Positions 55,420-64,000 of a DNA stretch of 64,000 nucleotides are shown piece after piece. Numbering within the stretch: position 1 is the first letter of the stretch; the number at the start of each line of letters is the position of its first letter. A program made the translations under genes and the position numbers. This stretch comes from a virus (Duplodnaviria > Caudoviricetes): IMG/VR virus record IMGVR_UViG_2786546133_000001, positions 1 to 64,000 of that record, one strand, 5' to 3'. A model generated the notes under the pieces. The model saw only the letters and a list, made by a program, of their open reading frames with translations, ran no database searches and was not told the origin of the DNA.

Positions 55420-55910
55420 TGACGGGGACGGCCGCGAGTCTCAACCTCGTCGACGGGGCGTGGGCGCAGACGGGCACGCTCAACTTCCTGCACACGCTCA
55501 CCGGGGCACTCCGGGCCTGGGAGACCGTGCCCGAGGTGCCTTTGCTGACCATCCCGCGCGCCGGCGTGTGGGAGGTCAACTATCAGGTGCGCGGAGTCGC
55601 GCTGCTCCCGGCGCCGGGAGCAGCGGCCATCGACACGGGTGTCGTCGCCGGTATGTACAAGAACGGGGCCCTCGTTCCCGGCACGGAAGCCATGGTCATC
55701 TACCACAGCGAAGCTGCGGGCGACCAGGGAAAGCAGATCCAGGCGACGGCCTCACGACAGTTCATGCACACGTTCGCCGCCGGGGACACGGTGGGCCTCG
55801 GCGCCTACCGCCTCGGTACGTCCGGCAGCGCCTCAGTGGTCAGCAACGGCGACGGCCGTACGTACATCTCGGCCCACTGGGTCGCCCCGGAAGGGGACAG
55901 CCCCTCATGA
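55419..55910 (+). CDS. BclA-CTD/C1q-like protein, paralog 3
   Basis: MTGTAASL; IPRAGVWEVNYQV; F.AGD.V.L. Confidence 0.65.
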   Translation: MTGTAASLNLVDGAWAQTGTLNFLHTLTGALRAWETVPEVPLLTIPRAGVWEVNYQVRGVALLPAPGAAAIDTGVVAGMYKNGALVPGTEAMVIYHSEAAGDQGKQIQATASRQFMHTFAAGDTVGLGAYRLGTSGSASVVSNGDGRTYISAHWVAPEGDSPS

Positions 55911-56377
55911 CCGGTACCGCCGCCAGTCTTCGCATCGCCGGTAGTGGCTTCGCTGTCCTGCCGGGAGGCGTCGACCTCATGCCGGCCGCCTCCGGGGCGT
56001 GGGTCGATATCGGGTTGTCGCTCGCGCTCCCCGCGGCCGGCACGTACCACCTGGACGCGGTTGTCCGGGGCAACATCGGCCGCATGACCACGGGTGAGAA
56101 CGCGTACATCGCCGCCCGGCTGTGGGACGTCACCGCGGGCGCCGTCGTGCCCTTCACTGAGGCCATCGTCGTGCAGATCGCCGAGTTCGCCGGGGGTGCC
56201 GCGACGGCGTTGCAGTGGAACGACTCCGCCGCGATCAGCGTCGAGTACGCGGTCACGTCGCCGAGAACGATCCGCCTCGAAGCCGCCCGGACCGATATCT
56301 CGGGTACCACCGACGTCGCCGGTATCGGTTCCGGCGGAATCCAGCAAACCACCCTGCGCTACGCGCGCATCGCGTGA
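55907..56377 (+). CDS. BclA-CTD/C1q-like protein, paralog 4
   Basis: MTGTAASL; LPAAGTYHL; ARLWDVTAGAVVP shared with paralog 1. Confidence 0.65.
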   Translation: MTGTAASLRIAGSGFAVLPGGVDLMPAASGAWVDIGLSLALPAAGTYHLDAVVRGNIGRMTTGENAYIAARLWDVTAGAVVPFTEAIVVQIAEFAGGAATALQWNDSAAISVEYAVTSPRTIRLEAARTDISGTTDVAGIGSGGIQQTTLRYARIA

Positions 56378-56399
56378 CCCTTCACCTGGAGGAATCCTC

Positions 56400-56867
56400 A
56401 TGGCAGGAACCAGCGGTAGCGTCGCGGGACGGCCAGATCTTGAGTACGAGATCCTGTGTGACACGGCGGGGGCGTTCCTGCGCCGGTACGTCTTGGACGA
56501 CACGGGCGCCCTCACGCACGTCGACACAACCCTGGACGGTGCGGCGTACGTCCCGGTGGGGGCCGTGCAGCGCTGCTCGACGCCCGCCGCCCCCGCGAAC
56601 CCGGTTATCGACGGCACGATCCAGCGGCAGCCCGGCGTAGGAACCATCACGATCCCGGCGGGAGCCCGCTCGATCACCCTCGTCGTCTACACGGGAAACC
56701 CGACCGTCGCCATCGGAGGCGGTCCGGCCGTAACGGTCGCGGCCGGGACCTCGCTCACGTGGGGCGTCGACCGAGGCGGCGACGCCGGCGAGAGCCTGCA
56801 AGACGCCTACGTTTTCACCGGCGTCGCGGGCAGTGACTTCCTCGTCTCGTCGACCCGCGAGATCTGA
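56400..56867 (+). CDS. Short paralog of the Cys-rich repeat proteins
   Basis: One LCD..GAFLRR...TLDGAAY.P.G.V..C repeat plus the shared C-terminal domain. Confidence 0.7.
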   Translation: MAGTSGSVAGRPDLEYEILCDTAGAFLRRYVLDDTGALTHVDTTLDGAAYVPVGAVQRCSTPAAPANPVIDGTIQRQPGVGTITIPAGARSITLVVYTGNPTVAIGGGPAVTVAAGTSLTWGVDRGGDAGESLQDAYVFTGVAGSDFLVSSTREI

Positions 56868-57172
56868 TGACCACGGCCGGGGACTACGAAGCGCCGCAGC
56901 GTCGGCAGGAACGCGCCACCGCTGTCACGGACGCCAACGGCTCGGCCGTCTTCAACTGGCCCGCCGGGGCGTTCCCAGGCCCGCCGGTCGTCGCGCTCGC
57001 CGTCGAGGCGGGGGCCGGATTCCGCTCCGCGCGGATCTCGGCGAACACCGCGACGTCGACGACGGTCAACGTGCTTCAGGCGGCCGGCGTGACCATCCTC
57101 GGTATCGGCGTCCTCGCCACGGGTACGCCCGCGGCGGGGGTCACCGTTCACGCGACGGCGACGGCCCCTTAG
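56867..57172 (+). CDS. Small putative fibre-associated protein
   Basis: Coupled start; TDANG...WPAGAF..PPVV. Confidence 0.6.
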   Translation: MTTAGDYEAPQRRQERATAVTDANGSAVFNWPAGAFPGPPVVALAVEAGAGFRSARISANTATSTTVNVLQAAGVTILGIGVLATGTPAAGVTVHATATAP

Positions 57173-57189
57173 CGCTGATCGCCGACCGA

Positions 57190-57256
57190 TAAACTCAACT
57201 CTTGAGCCGCTGGTTTTGGGCCGGGCCCTCTGATCCTTCAGGAGGGTGCGGCCGTG
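57190..57256 (+). promoter_or_regulatory. Late leader element copy 3
   Basis: TAAACT at 57190; CTGGTTTTGGGCCGGG at 57210-57225; GGCCG/CGGCC and CCCTC/GAGGG stems hide RBS before GTG 57254. Confidence 0.8.
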
Positions 57257-57928
57257 TCCTGTCCGCTCATTGCCAACGCCGACGTCATGCGCGTCACACG
57301 CCTCGACCAGTGCGGCAACCCCATCACCGGCGCCGACAACGGGTTCGTCTTCGAGTGCTTCAGCTCGCTCGCGATGAACAACAACTCCGACGACGGCGAC
57401 GACATCGAGTACAAGGCCGCCAACGGCAAGATCTGTGGTTTCAAGAAGGGCTGCCCCACCTTCAAGGGTTTCGACCTGGAGCTGAACGTGTTCAGCGTCT
57501 CCCCGGAGCTGATCGAGATCCTCACGGGGAACCCGGTCTACCTGGGGTTCGACGGCGCACCGATCGGCTTCGACACGTGCTCGATCAAATGCGACACGGG
57601 CTTCGCGCTGGAGCTGTGGGCCGAGGTCCTCGGCGACCAGTGCGCGGCGGGCGCACAGGGGCAGTGGATCTACTTCCTGCTGCCGTGGGTCACGAACGGT
57701 CTGCTCGGCGACCTGGAGATCGGCAGCGAGGCCGTGACGCTCCAGATCACCGGCTCGACGCGCGCGGGTGGCGCGTGGGGTGTCGGCCCGTACAACGTTC
57801 AGCCGGCCGACGCCGCGGGCACGCCCGGCCCGATGCTCACCCCGCTCGATGCGTCCTGCCACCGCCGGACGTTCATCACGACCACGCCGCCGCCGGTCCC
57901 GTCCTGTGACTACGTCGCGGTGCCGTGA
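57254..57928 (+). CDS. Major tail (tube) protein
   Basis: MRVTRLDQCG...FALELW...YFLLPW...G.GPYNV; position. Confidence 0.75.
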   Translation: MSCPLIANADVMRVTRLDQCGNPITGADNGFVFECFSSLAMNNNSDDGDDIEYKAANGKICGFKKGCPTFKGFDLELNVFSVSPELIEILTGNPVYLGFDGAPIGFDTCSIKCDTGFALELWAEVLGDQCAAGAQGQWIYFLLPWVTNGLLGDLEIGSEAVTLQITGSTRAGGAWGVGPYNVQPADAAGTPGPMLTPLDASCHRRTFITTTPPPVPSCDYVAVP

Positions 57929-57958
57929 CCGTAGACGGCCTACCGAGCGGCCGTGAGG

Positions 57959-57988
57959 CAGCCGTACGGCCTGAGCGCCGTACGGCTG
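57959..57988 (+). terminator. Stem-loop after tail tube gene
   Basis: CAGCCGTACGGC-ctgagc-GCCGTACGGCTG. Confidence 0.55.
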
Positions 57989-58024
57989 CACCATTCCCAA
58001 CCACCAGCGGCGAGAGGTCCGCAG

Positions 58025-58831
58025 ATGGCGCTACAGCAGCCCTTGTGTGAGCCGTGGCCGTTCGATCCGTCGTGCTGCTCGGCGGCCGAGGGCGTCGACG
58101 AGGCGGTCATCGACCGTTGGCGGTCCGTGGCGACGACGATCCTGTTCAACCTGTCCGGCCGGCGGTGGGGGCCGTCGTGCCCGTACACGGTGCGCCCGTG
58201 CCGTCGGCGCTGCCTCGACGCGCTGCCGCTCGCCGCGTCCTGGTCGTACGGCTCGCCGTGGATCCCGTACATCGGCAGCGACGGCGAGTGGCGCAACGCG
58301 AGCGTGTGCGGCTGCCGGTCCGACTGCTCGTGCGACGAGCTGTGCGAAGTCCGCCTCGAAGGGCCGGTGTACGACGTGCTCGGCGTCGAGGTCGACGGCG
58401 TGACGCTGCCGGCGTCGGCGTACCGCGTCGACGACGCCGGGATGCTGGTCCGCACCGACGGGCAGTGCTGGCCCGACTGCCAGAGCATGGCGGCGCCGCT
58501 CGGCCAGCCGGGCACGTTCGGCGTTCACTACCGGATCGGGCTGCCGCTCGACGATGCGGCGATCGCCGCATACAGCGAACTCGTCTGCCACTTCCTCAAG
58601 GGGTGCGGCGGCGGGGCGTGCGGCTGCAAGATCCCGGCGAACGTCACGCGGCTGAGCCGGCAGGGCGTCGAGCAGGAGTTCAGCGACCCGACGCTCATCT
58701 ACTCCGAGATGCGCACCGGCCTGCCGCTCGTCGACCTGTGGCTGACGACCGTCAACCCCTACCGGCAGACCTCGCCGTCGCGGGTCTACTCCCCCGACTT
58801 CCGGCGCCCCAGGGCGCAGACCTGGCCGTAA
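58025..58831 (+). CDS. Head-to-tail adaptor, Cys-rich
   Basis: LSGRRWG..C..TVRPC...VTRLSRQGV...TGLP.VD.WL..VNP. Confidence 0.75.
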   Translation: MALQQPLCEPWPFDPSCCSAAEGVDEAVIDRWRSVATTILFNLSGRRWGPSCPYTVRPCRRRCLDALPLAASWSYGSPWIPYIGSDGEWRNASVCGCRSDCSCDELCEVRLEGPVYDVLGVEVDGVTLPASAYRVDDAGMLVRTDGQCWPDCQSMAAPLGQPGTFGVHYRIGLPLDDAAIAAYSELVCHFLKGCGGGACGCKIPANVTRLSRQGVEQEFSDPTLIYSEMRTGLPLVDLWLTTVNPYRQTSPSRVYSPDFRRPRAQTWP

Positions 58832-58843
58832 GGAGGCCCCGCC

Positions 58844-59428
58844 GTGGCGTTGCGCCCTACGGCCATTCACGACCTCGCGCAGGCCGTCCTCGCGTGCGTG
58901 TGCGCGGCGTTGGAGGAGACGGCCGCAGAGGTCCCCGGACAGCCCGGCTGTCCGTGCCGCGCGTGCGTCGTGCCGGGCACGCCGGCCTGGGACTCGTGCG
59001 CCGACCCGTGCACAGGCGATACCGGCGGGCAGCTCACGGTCAACGTCGCCCGCGTGTACCCGTCGAGCGACTTCCCGACGCAGTCCAACGACGTGCAGGG
59101 CGTCCGCGGCTGTATGCCCGCGCCGGTCACCGCCGTCGAGCTCGTTATCACGTTGCTTCGCTGCGCGCCGGGCCCGAACGAGAACGGCTGCCCGCCGTCG
59201 TGCGACGACCTCGCCGCCGCGGCGCAGGTGCTGCACGTCGACGCCGTGACCGTCATGAACGCCCTGTACTGCTGCCTGCCCGGCCTCGGCGAGGCCCGCC
59301 GGGGCCTGAAGTTCGTCGTCGGCGCGCAGCGCACCATCGGGCCCGAGGGCCTCTGCGTCGGCGTCGAGCAGCGCGTCACCGTGGCACTGGGCGGCTGCTC
59401 GTGCCCCGAGGAAGGAGTCAACCCGTGA
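58844..59428 (+). CDS. Tail terminator/completion-like protein, Cys-rich
   Basis: AAGGAGG RBS; GPEG.C.G; position. Confidence 0.6.
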   Translation: MALRPTAIHDLAQAVLACVCAALEETAAEVPGQPGCPCRACVVPGTPAWDSCADPCTGDTGGQLTVNVARVYPSSDFPTQSNDVQGVRGCMPAPVTAVELVITLLRCAPGPNENGCPPSCDDLAAAAQVLHVDAVTVMNALYCCLPGLGEARRGLKFVVGAQRTIGPEGLCVGVEQRVTVALGGCSCPEEGVNP

Positions 59429-59829
59429 GTGTCGAGGTCACGGTCAACCCGGACGTGATCGCTCGTCTGCTGCGGCGCCGCGGCGGGACGGTCGAGCGGA
59501 AGCTGCGGCAGCGGACCGAGCGCGTCGCGAACATCGCGGAGAACGAGGCGCCGGGCAGCATGGGCGACTACGTCTCGTGGGACGTCACAGAGGGGGCGCG
59601 CGGACTTCAGGGCGTCATCGTCTGCGACCATCCGGCCGTCCTGTTCGTGCTCAAGGGGACGCGGCCACACATCATCCGGCCCCGCCGTCAGCGGTCGGCG
59701 AGGAACCCCCGGCGACGGGCGATGCTGCGCTTCGAGACCGGCGGCCGCGTCGTCTTCGCGAGGCAAGTCCACCACCCCGGCACCCGCGCGAACAACTTCC
59801 TGGCGCGCGCCCTGCGCATGGGCCGTTGA
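59425..59829 (+). CDS. HK97 gp10-like neck/tail completion protein
   Basis: GTRPHIIRP...LRF...VVFARQVHHPGTRANNFL. Confidence 0.75.
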   Translation: MSVEVTVNPDVIARLLRRRGGTVERKLRQRTERVANIAENEAPGSMGDYVSWDVTEGARGLQGVIVCDHPAVLFVLKGTRPHIIRPRRQRSARNPRRRAMLRFETGGRVVFARQVHHPGTRANNFLARALRMGR

Positions 59830-59866
59830 CCCGAGCCGTCGAGCGCTCGGCGCCGCGACCAGCGGC

Positions 59867-59947
59867 TACCCTCGGGGGTGCGCTGCTGGTTGTGGGCCGG
59901 GCGAGGAGCGGGAGACAGGGATACACCTGTGCGTAAGTCCTTTGCCC
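59867..59947 (+). promoter_or_regulatory. Late leader element copy 4
   Basis: TACCCT at 59867; CTGGTTGTGGGCCGGG at 59886-59901; GGGCGAGGA/TCCTTTGCCC and ACAGG/CCTGT stems enclose GTG 59929. Confidence 0.75.
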
Positions 59948-60468
59948 TGAACACACAGCCACACGTCGCCGAGATCGGCGAGACCGAGCTCGAATTCCAG
60001 CCCGAAGTCATGGGCGACGAGTTCATGGACGCGTACGCCGAGATGCGCGACGCGCAGCAGGCGCAGGGCGTCGACCTCGACGACCTCGCCGAGGCGGACC
60101 CGAAGGTCGTCCGCGGTACGGTTCGCGCGCTGCGGGTGTTCCTCGCCCGGCAGATGCTGCCCGCGTCGGCGGCGCTGTTCCTCCGCCTGAACGTCGTCGA
60201 CTCGACCGGCGACGTCCTCGCGTCGTACGACGACCTGGGCGAGGCCGAGGCCGCCGCGGCAGAGAAGCCGGGCCGGCGCGTCGTCGACGAGCTGCGGCTT
60301 CCGACGCGCGTGATCGTCGAACTCCTCGAATGGGTCGTCGAGCTGTACGGGGGTGGCGACCGCCCTACTACGTCGTCTTCCGCATCTGCGACAGCATCGA
60401 GGCCGAGTGGAACGCGTGGGACGGGAGCCTCGCCCTCCAAGGCGTCGACCCGCACGCGTGGCCGCTAA
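59929..60468 (+). CDS. Tail assembly chaperone (gpG-like)
   Basis: Precedes tape measure; LLEWVVELYG...RPT then low-complexity tail. Confidence 0.75.
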   Translation: MRKSFALNTQPHVAEIGETELEFQPEVMGDEFMDAYAEMRDAQQAQGVDLDDLAEADPKVVRGTVRALRVFLARQMLPASAALFLRLNVVDSTGDVLASYDDLGEAEAAAAEKPGRRVVDELRLPTRVIVELLEWVVELYGGGDRPTTSSSASATASRPSGTRGTGASPSKASTRTRGR

Positions 60469-60704
60469 GGCGCATGCTGAACGCCGCCGAGGCCGCCATG
60501 AGCGCGGCGGCGGAAGACGACGCCGCGAGGCAGCGCAACCGGGCGAAGCTGTACGCGCCGCCGCCGCGTGCCGCTCGTAGGCAGACGGCGGGCACGAGCC
60601 GGCCGCGACCGGCGAGCGGAGGCCTGAGCCTGGACGCCGCTCGGGCGCTCATGTCCCAGGTCGCGAGCGAGGACGCGCGGCTCACGGGCCGGCGCAGCGG
60701 ATAA
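60330..60704 (+). CDS. Tail assembly chaperone frameshift extension (gpT-like, -1 frame)
   Basis: Overlapping -1 frame, PYYVVFRI...W..WDG.L...GVDP..WPL.R.LN. Confidence 0.7.
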   Translation: MGRRAVRGWRPPYYVVFRICDSIEAEWNAWDGSLALQGVDPHAWPLRRMLNAAEAAMSAAAEDDAARQRNRAKLYAPPPRAARRQTAGTSRPRPASGGLSLDAARALMSQVASEDARLTGRRSG

Positions 60705-60793
60705 TCTGGAGATCACGGCAGCGCCCCGGCGCTGCTGCTCGCCGACTGGTTATGGGCCGGGCACCGTTCACGACTTCGTGAGGGTGCCCGGTG
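60702..60793 (+). promoter_or_regulatory. Late leader element copy 5
   Basis: TAATCT at 60702; CTGGTTATGGGCCGGG at 60746-60761; CCGGGCACC/GGTGCCCGG and TCACGA/TCGTGA stems reach GTG 60791. Confidence 0.8.
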
Positions 60794-63700
60794 ACCACCC
60801 CAGCCGGCGACAGCGAGGATTTCGGGTCCGCTCGGATCACGATCACGCTCGACGACAGCGGCGCCCTCCGCGACGCGCGCGACCTCGGGCAACGCATTCA
60901 GCAGGCCCTCGACAGGGCGACGCGCAACACCGGCGACCAGATCCGCCGGAACATCGAGCGCGGCCTGCGGGCGGCGGCCGTTTCCGTTCGCGTCGAACCG
61001 GACACCTCCCGGTTCCGTACGCAGCTCGCCGCCGACCTGCGCGGCCTGGACACTTCGATCAGGGTCACGGCGGATCCGCAGTTTTTCCGGACCCGGCTTC
61101 AGGCCGCACTTCGCAGCACGGGCGGCCTGACCGTCGACATCGGCGTCAACGAGGCACGGCTGCGGGCCCGGCTGAACCGGGTCACGCGGCGGATGACGGC
61201 GAACGTCACCCTGGCCCCGGACACGACCCGCTTTCAGGCGCGGGTCAACCGGGCACTGCGCGGGATCACGGCTCAAGTCCGCGTCGAACCGGACGTCGCT
61301 CGTTTCGCTGCTCGGCTGCGGTCGCAGTTGCGGGGGCTCGGGGCCGTCACCGTCCAGGCGCGGGCGGACGCCGCTCGTTTCCGGCGGCAGTTGGAGCGCG
61401 ACCTGCGCGGGCTGCCGCCGATCAGCATCCGGGTAGACCCGGATCTGTCTCGGCTGAACGACGCGCTTCGCCGTCACAACGCGCCGACTGTGCGTGTGCC
61501 GGTCGACGTCGACCGCAACCGGCTGACCAGGGCTCTCGGCAGCCTGACGAGCAGTCTCGGCAGCATCGGCAAGCGGGCCGGGACCGCGCTCGGCGGGCTG
61601 CTCAAATTCGGGGCTATCGGCATCGCGGCGGCGAGCGCCGCGCAGAGCGTCGCCGGTCTCGTCGCCGCGCTCGCCCCGGCCGCCGGGATCATCGCCGCCT
61701 TCCCCGCAGCGGTCGCCGGCGTACAGATCTCGCTCCAGACCCTCAAGCTCGCCGTCCTGGGCGTCGGGGACGCCCTGAGCGCCGCGTTCTCCGGGGACGC
61801 GAAGGCGTTTCAGGAGGCGCTCGACAAGCTCGCTCCGGCGGCACAGAAGGCCGTCCTCGCCGTCAAGGCGCTCCAGCCCGAGCTGTCGAAGGTCCAGCAG
61901 TCCGTACAACAGGCGTTCTTCCGGCAGTTCTCGGGCGACGTCGGCGCGGCGATCAAGAACCTGCTGCCGTTGCGGACGCAGCTCGCCGGGCTGGCCGGGG
62001 AGTTCGGCAAGGCCGCCGACGAGGGTCTGAAGTTCGCCGCGTCTCAGCAGGCCGTCGCGCCGTTGCGGCAGATCATCCAGGGCACGACGCAGGCGGCGTC
62101 GGGGCTTCAAGCGGTCGTCGCGCCGCTCGCGAAGGGCTTCCTCGACGTCGCCGCGGCGGTGTCGAAGGCGTTCGGCTCGCAGGTCGGCGGCGCGATCGCT
62201 CAGGCCGGCGCGCAGTTCGGGACGTTCCTGTCGGAGTTCGCCGCGTCGGGCCGGGCGGTCGACGCCGTCCGGGGCGCGGTCGGTGTCTTTCAGCAGCTCG
62301 GCGCGATCGCGTCGAACGTCGGCGCGATCATCTCGGGCGTCTTCTCCGCCGCGTCCGGGGCGGGCGGCGGGCTGCTGAACAACCTCCAGACGATCACCGG
62401 CGCGTTCCGCGAGTTCGTCCAGTCCGCGCAGGGACAGGAGGCGATCGGGAAGATCTTCGGCACGATCGGGACGATCGCCGCGCAGCTCGGGCCGATCCTG
62501 TCCGCGCTCGTCGGCCAGCTCGGGCAGATCGCGCCCGCGCTCGGCCCCGTCTTCTCGACCCTCGGCCCGGCGATCACGGGCCTGATCAACGCGCTCGGGC
62601 CCGCCCTGGCGGCGATCGCGCCGAGTCTCCAGACCGTCGCCGCCGCCCTCTCCGATGCCTTCGAGTCCATCGGCCCCAGCCTGGGCCCGCTCGGGCAGGC
62701 GATCGCCCAGGTCGTCACCGCACTGGCCCCGCTGCTGCCGCTCGCCGGGCAGCTCGTGTCGGTCCTGGCGACCGCCCTCGCGCCCGTTCTCTCGACACTC
62801 GCACAGGCGTTCCAGCCGATCATCCAGGCTGTCGTTGGCGCGCTCATGCCGATTCTGCCGCCGCTCGCCGACGCGTTCGTTCAGCTCGTCACCGCCCTGA
62901 CGCCCCTCGCGACCGGCATCGGCCAGGCGATCGCACAGGTCTTCCAGATCCTCGGCCCGGTCCTGACGCAGGTCGCGAACGTCATCGCTCAAGTCGCGGT
63001 CGCGCTGGTGCCACTGATCACCGCCCTCACGAACGCCCTGCTGCCGATCCTGCCGCCCATCGTCCAAGCCTTCTCGGCGATCTTGCAGGCGATCGTTCCG
63101 ATCCTGCCGCCGGTCGCGCAGCTCGTCGCCGCCCTGGCCCCGCTGCTGGTGACGATCACGAACCTGCTCGCCCCCGTGCTCCAGATCGCTGCGGCGTTCG
63201 TGTCGTGGACGGCGATCAACATCGTCGTGCCGGTCATTCAGGCCGTCGTCGGCATCCTGACCGGCCTGTTGACCGCTTTGTCATCTGTCGTCACGTTCAT
63301 CACGAATCTGCCGTCGCTGATCGTGGCGGGCCTGTCGGCCCTCGGCTCCCTGATCTCGACCGCTTTCACCGCAGTCGTCACGTTCTTCCAGGGTCTTCCG
63401 GGGATGATCCTGGCCGCGTTGCAGGCGCTGCCGGGGCTGCTGAGCAACCTCTTCCATCTGGCGCTTCAGGCCGTGGGCACGGTCATCGGTACCGGTATCG
63501 GCCTGGTGATCCTGCTGTTCACCCGCGTGCCGGGGCTGATCGGCAACGCGCTCGTCTCGCTCGGCTCGCTGCTGGTCAGCCTGTTCACGTCGGCGTTGAA
63601 CGCGGGCAAGTCGGCGGTGTCCGCCGGGATCTCGGCGACCGTCTCGTTCTTCTCGCAGCTGCCGGGCCGCGCGGTGTCGGTCCTCTCGTCCCTGCCGGGC

Positions 63701-64000
63701 CGGGCGGCGTCGGTGCTGCGCTCGGCGGGTTCGGCCATGCTCGGCGCCGCCAGGTCGGCCGGCTCGCAGCTCACCTCGTTCTTCTCGGGCCTGCCGGGGA
63801 AGATCAAGGGCGCGCTGTCGGGGGCCGGGTCGGCGCTCGTGTCCGTGGGCCGCGACCTGATCCGAGGCCTGATCGCCGGTGTCAAGGCGATGGCGGGGTC
63901 CATCGCGTCGGCCGCGAAGGAAGTCGTCGGCTCGGCGATCAAGGCCGCGAAGAACGTCCTGAAGATCGGCTCGCCGTCGAAGGTGTTCATCGCGATCGGT
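60791..64000 (+). CDS. Tape measure protein (3' truncated by window; absent from ORF track)
   Basis: GTG ACC ACC CCA...; long Ala/Leu/Gly-rich amphipathic repeats; follows the chaperones. Confidence 0.9.
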   Translation, partial: MTTPAGDSEDFGSARITITLDDSGALRDARDLGQRIQQALDRATRNTGDQIRRNIERGLRAAAVSVRVEPDTSRFRTQLAADLRGLDTSIRVTADPQFFRTRLQAALRSTGGLTVDIGVNEARLRARLNRVTRRMTANVTLAPDTTRFQARVNRALRGITAQVRVEPDVARFAARLRSQLRGLGAVTVQARADAARFRRQLERDLRGLPPISIRVDPDLSRLNDALRRHNAPTVRVPVDVDRNRLTRALGSLTSSLGSIGKRAGTALGGLLKFGAIGIAAASAAQSVAGLVAALAPAAGIIAAFPAAVAGVQISLQTLKLAVLGVGDALSAAFSGDAKAFQEALDKLAPAAQKAVLAVKALQPELSKVQQSVQQAFFRQFSGDVGAAIKNLLPLRTQLAGLAGEFGKAADEGLKFAASQQAVAPLRQIIQGTTQAASGLQAVVAPLAKGFLDVAAAVSKAFGSQVGGAIAQAGAQFGTFLSEFAASGRAVDAVRGAVGVFQQLGAIASNVGAIISGVFSAASGAGGGLLNNLQTITGAFREFVQSAQGQEAIGKIFGTIGTIAAQLGPILSALVGQLGQIAPALGPVFSTLGPAITGLINALGPALAAIAPSLQTVAAALSDAFESIGPSLGPLGQAIAQVVTALAPLLPLAGQLVSVLATALAPVLSTLAQAFQPIIQAVVGALMPILPPLADAFVQLVTALTPLATGIGQAIAQVFQILGPVLTQVANVIAQVAVALVPLITALTNALLPILPPIVQAFSAILQAIVPILPPVAQLVAALAPLLVTITNLLAPVLQIAAAFVSWTAINIVVPVIQAVVGILTGLLTALSSVVTFITNLPSLIVAGLSALGSLISTAFTAVVTFFQGLPGMILAALQALPGLLSNLFHLALQAVGTVIGTGIGLVILLFTRVPGLIGNALVSLGSLLVSLFTSALNAGKSAVSAGISATVSFFSQLPGRAVSVLSSLPGRAASVLRSAGSAMLGAARSAGSQLTSFFSGLPGKIKGALSGAGSALVSVGRDLIRGLIAGVKAMAGSIASAAKEVVGSAIKAAKNVLKIGSPSKVFIAIG

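Larger units (their letters stand above)
1..64000. mobile_element. Temperate siphovirus-type actinophage/prophage (partial; att site and lysis genes not in window)
   Basis: Integrase, xis, replication, terminase, portal, capsid, tail tube, tail chaperones and tape measure in canonical order; Streptomyces-like GC3 bias. Confidence 0.95.

Noticed and set aside
1-64000. Very frequent GTCGAC (SalI) sites; possible bldA-dependent TTA codons
   Set aside because: GTCGAC is explained by GTC-GAC (Val-Asp) codon preference; no in-frame TTA found in the spots checked (not exhaustive)

Overview
This is the left ~64 kb of a high-GC temperate siphovirus-type (pro)phage, almost certainly from Streptomyces. 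The window opens at the stop codon of a tyrosine integrase and ends inside the tape-measure gene. Order of modules: int/xis; early genes including a lipoprotein and an Arr-like ADP-ribosyltransferase; a lambda-O-like replication initiator with internal iterons; a C5 DNA methyltransferase with a nested out-of-frame repeat protein; a plasmid-type 'spread'-like membrane operon with its own divergent repressor and operator; a long array of small unknown genes behind five near-identical TTGAC promoters; ParB-N/Gp88/ParB-N/C5-MTase; terminase; portal; a MuF-2H-phosphoesterase-protease fusion; capsid; ~9 kb of cysteine-rich putative virion appendage genes; tail genes. The most striking unexplained signal is a 16-nt motif, CTGGTT(A/G/T)TGGGCCG(A/G)G. 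It sits 43-45 nt upstream of five late-gene start codons, and its 3' end pairs into a hairpin that hides the RBS or start codon, resembling a natural toehold-switch regulon. All calls were made by eye from motifs and context; no database searches or folding programs were run.
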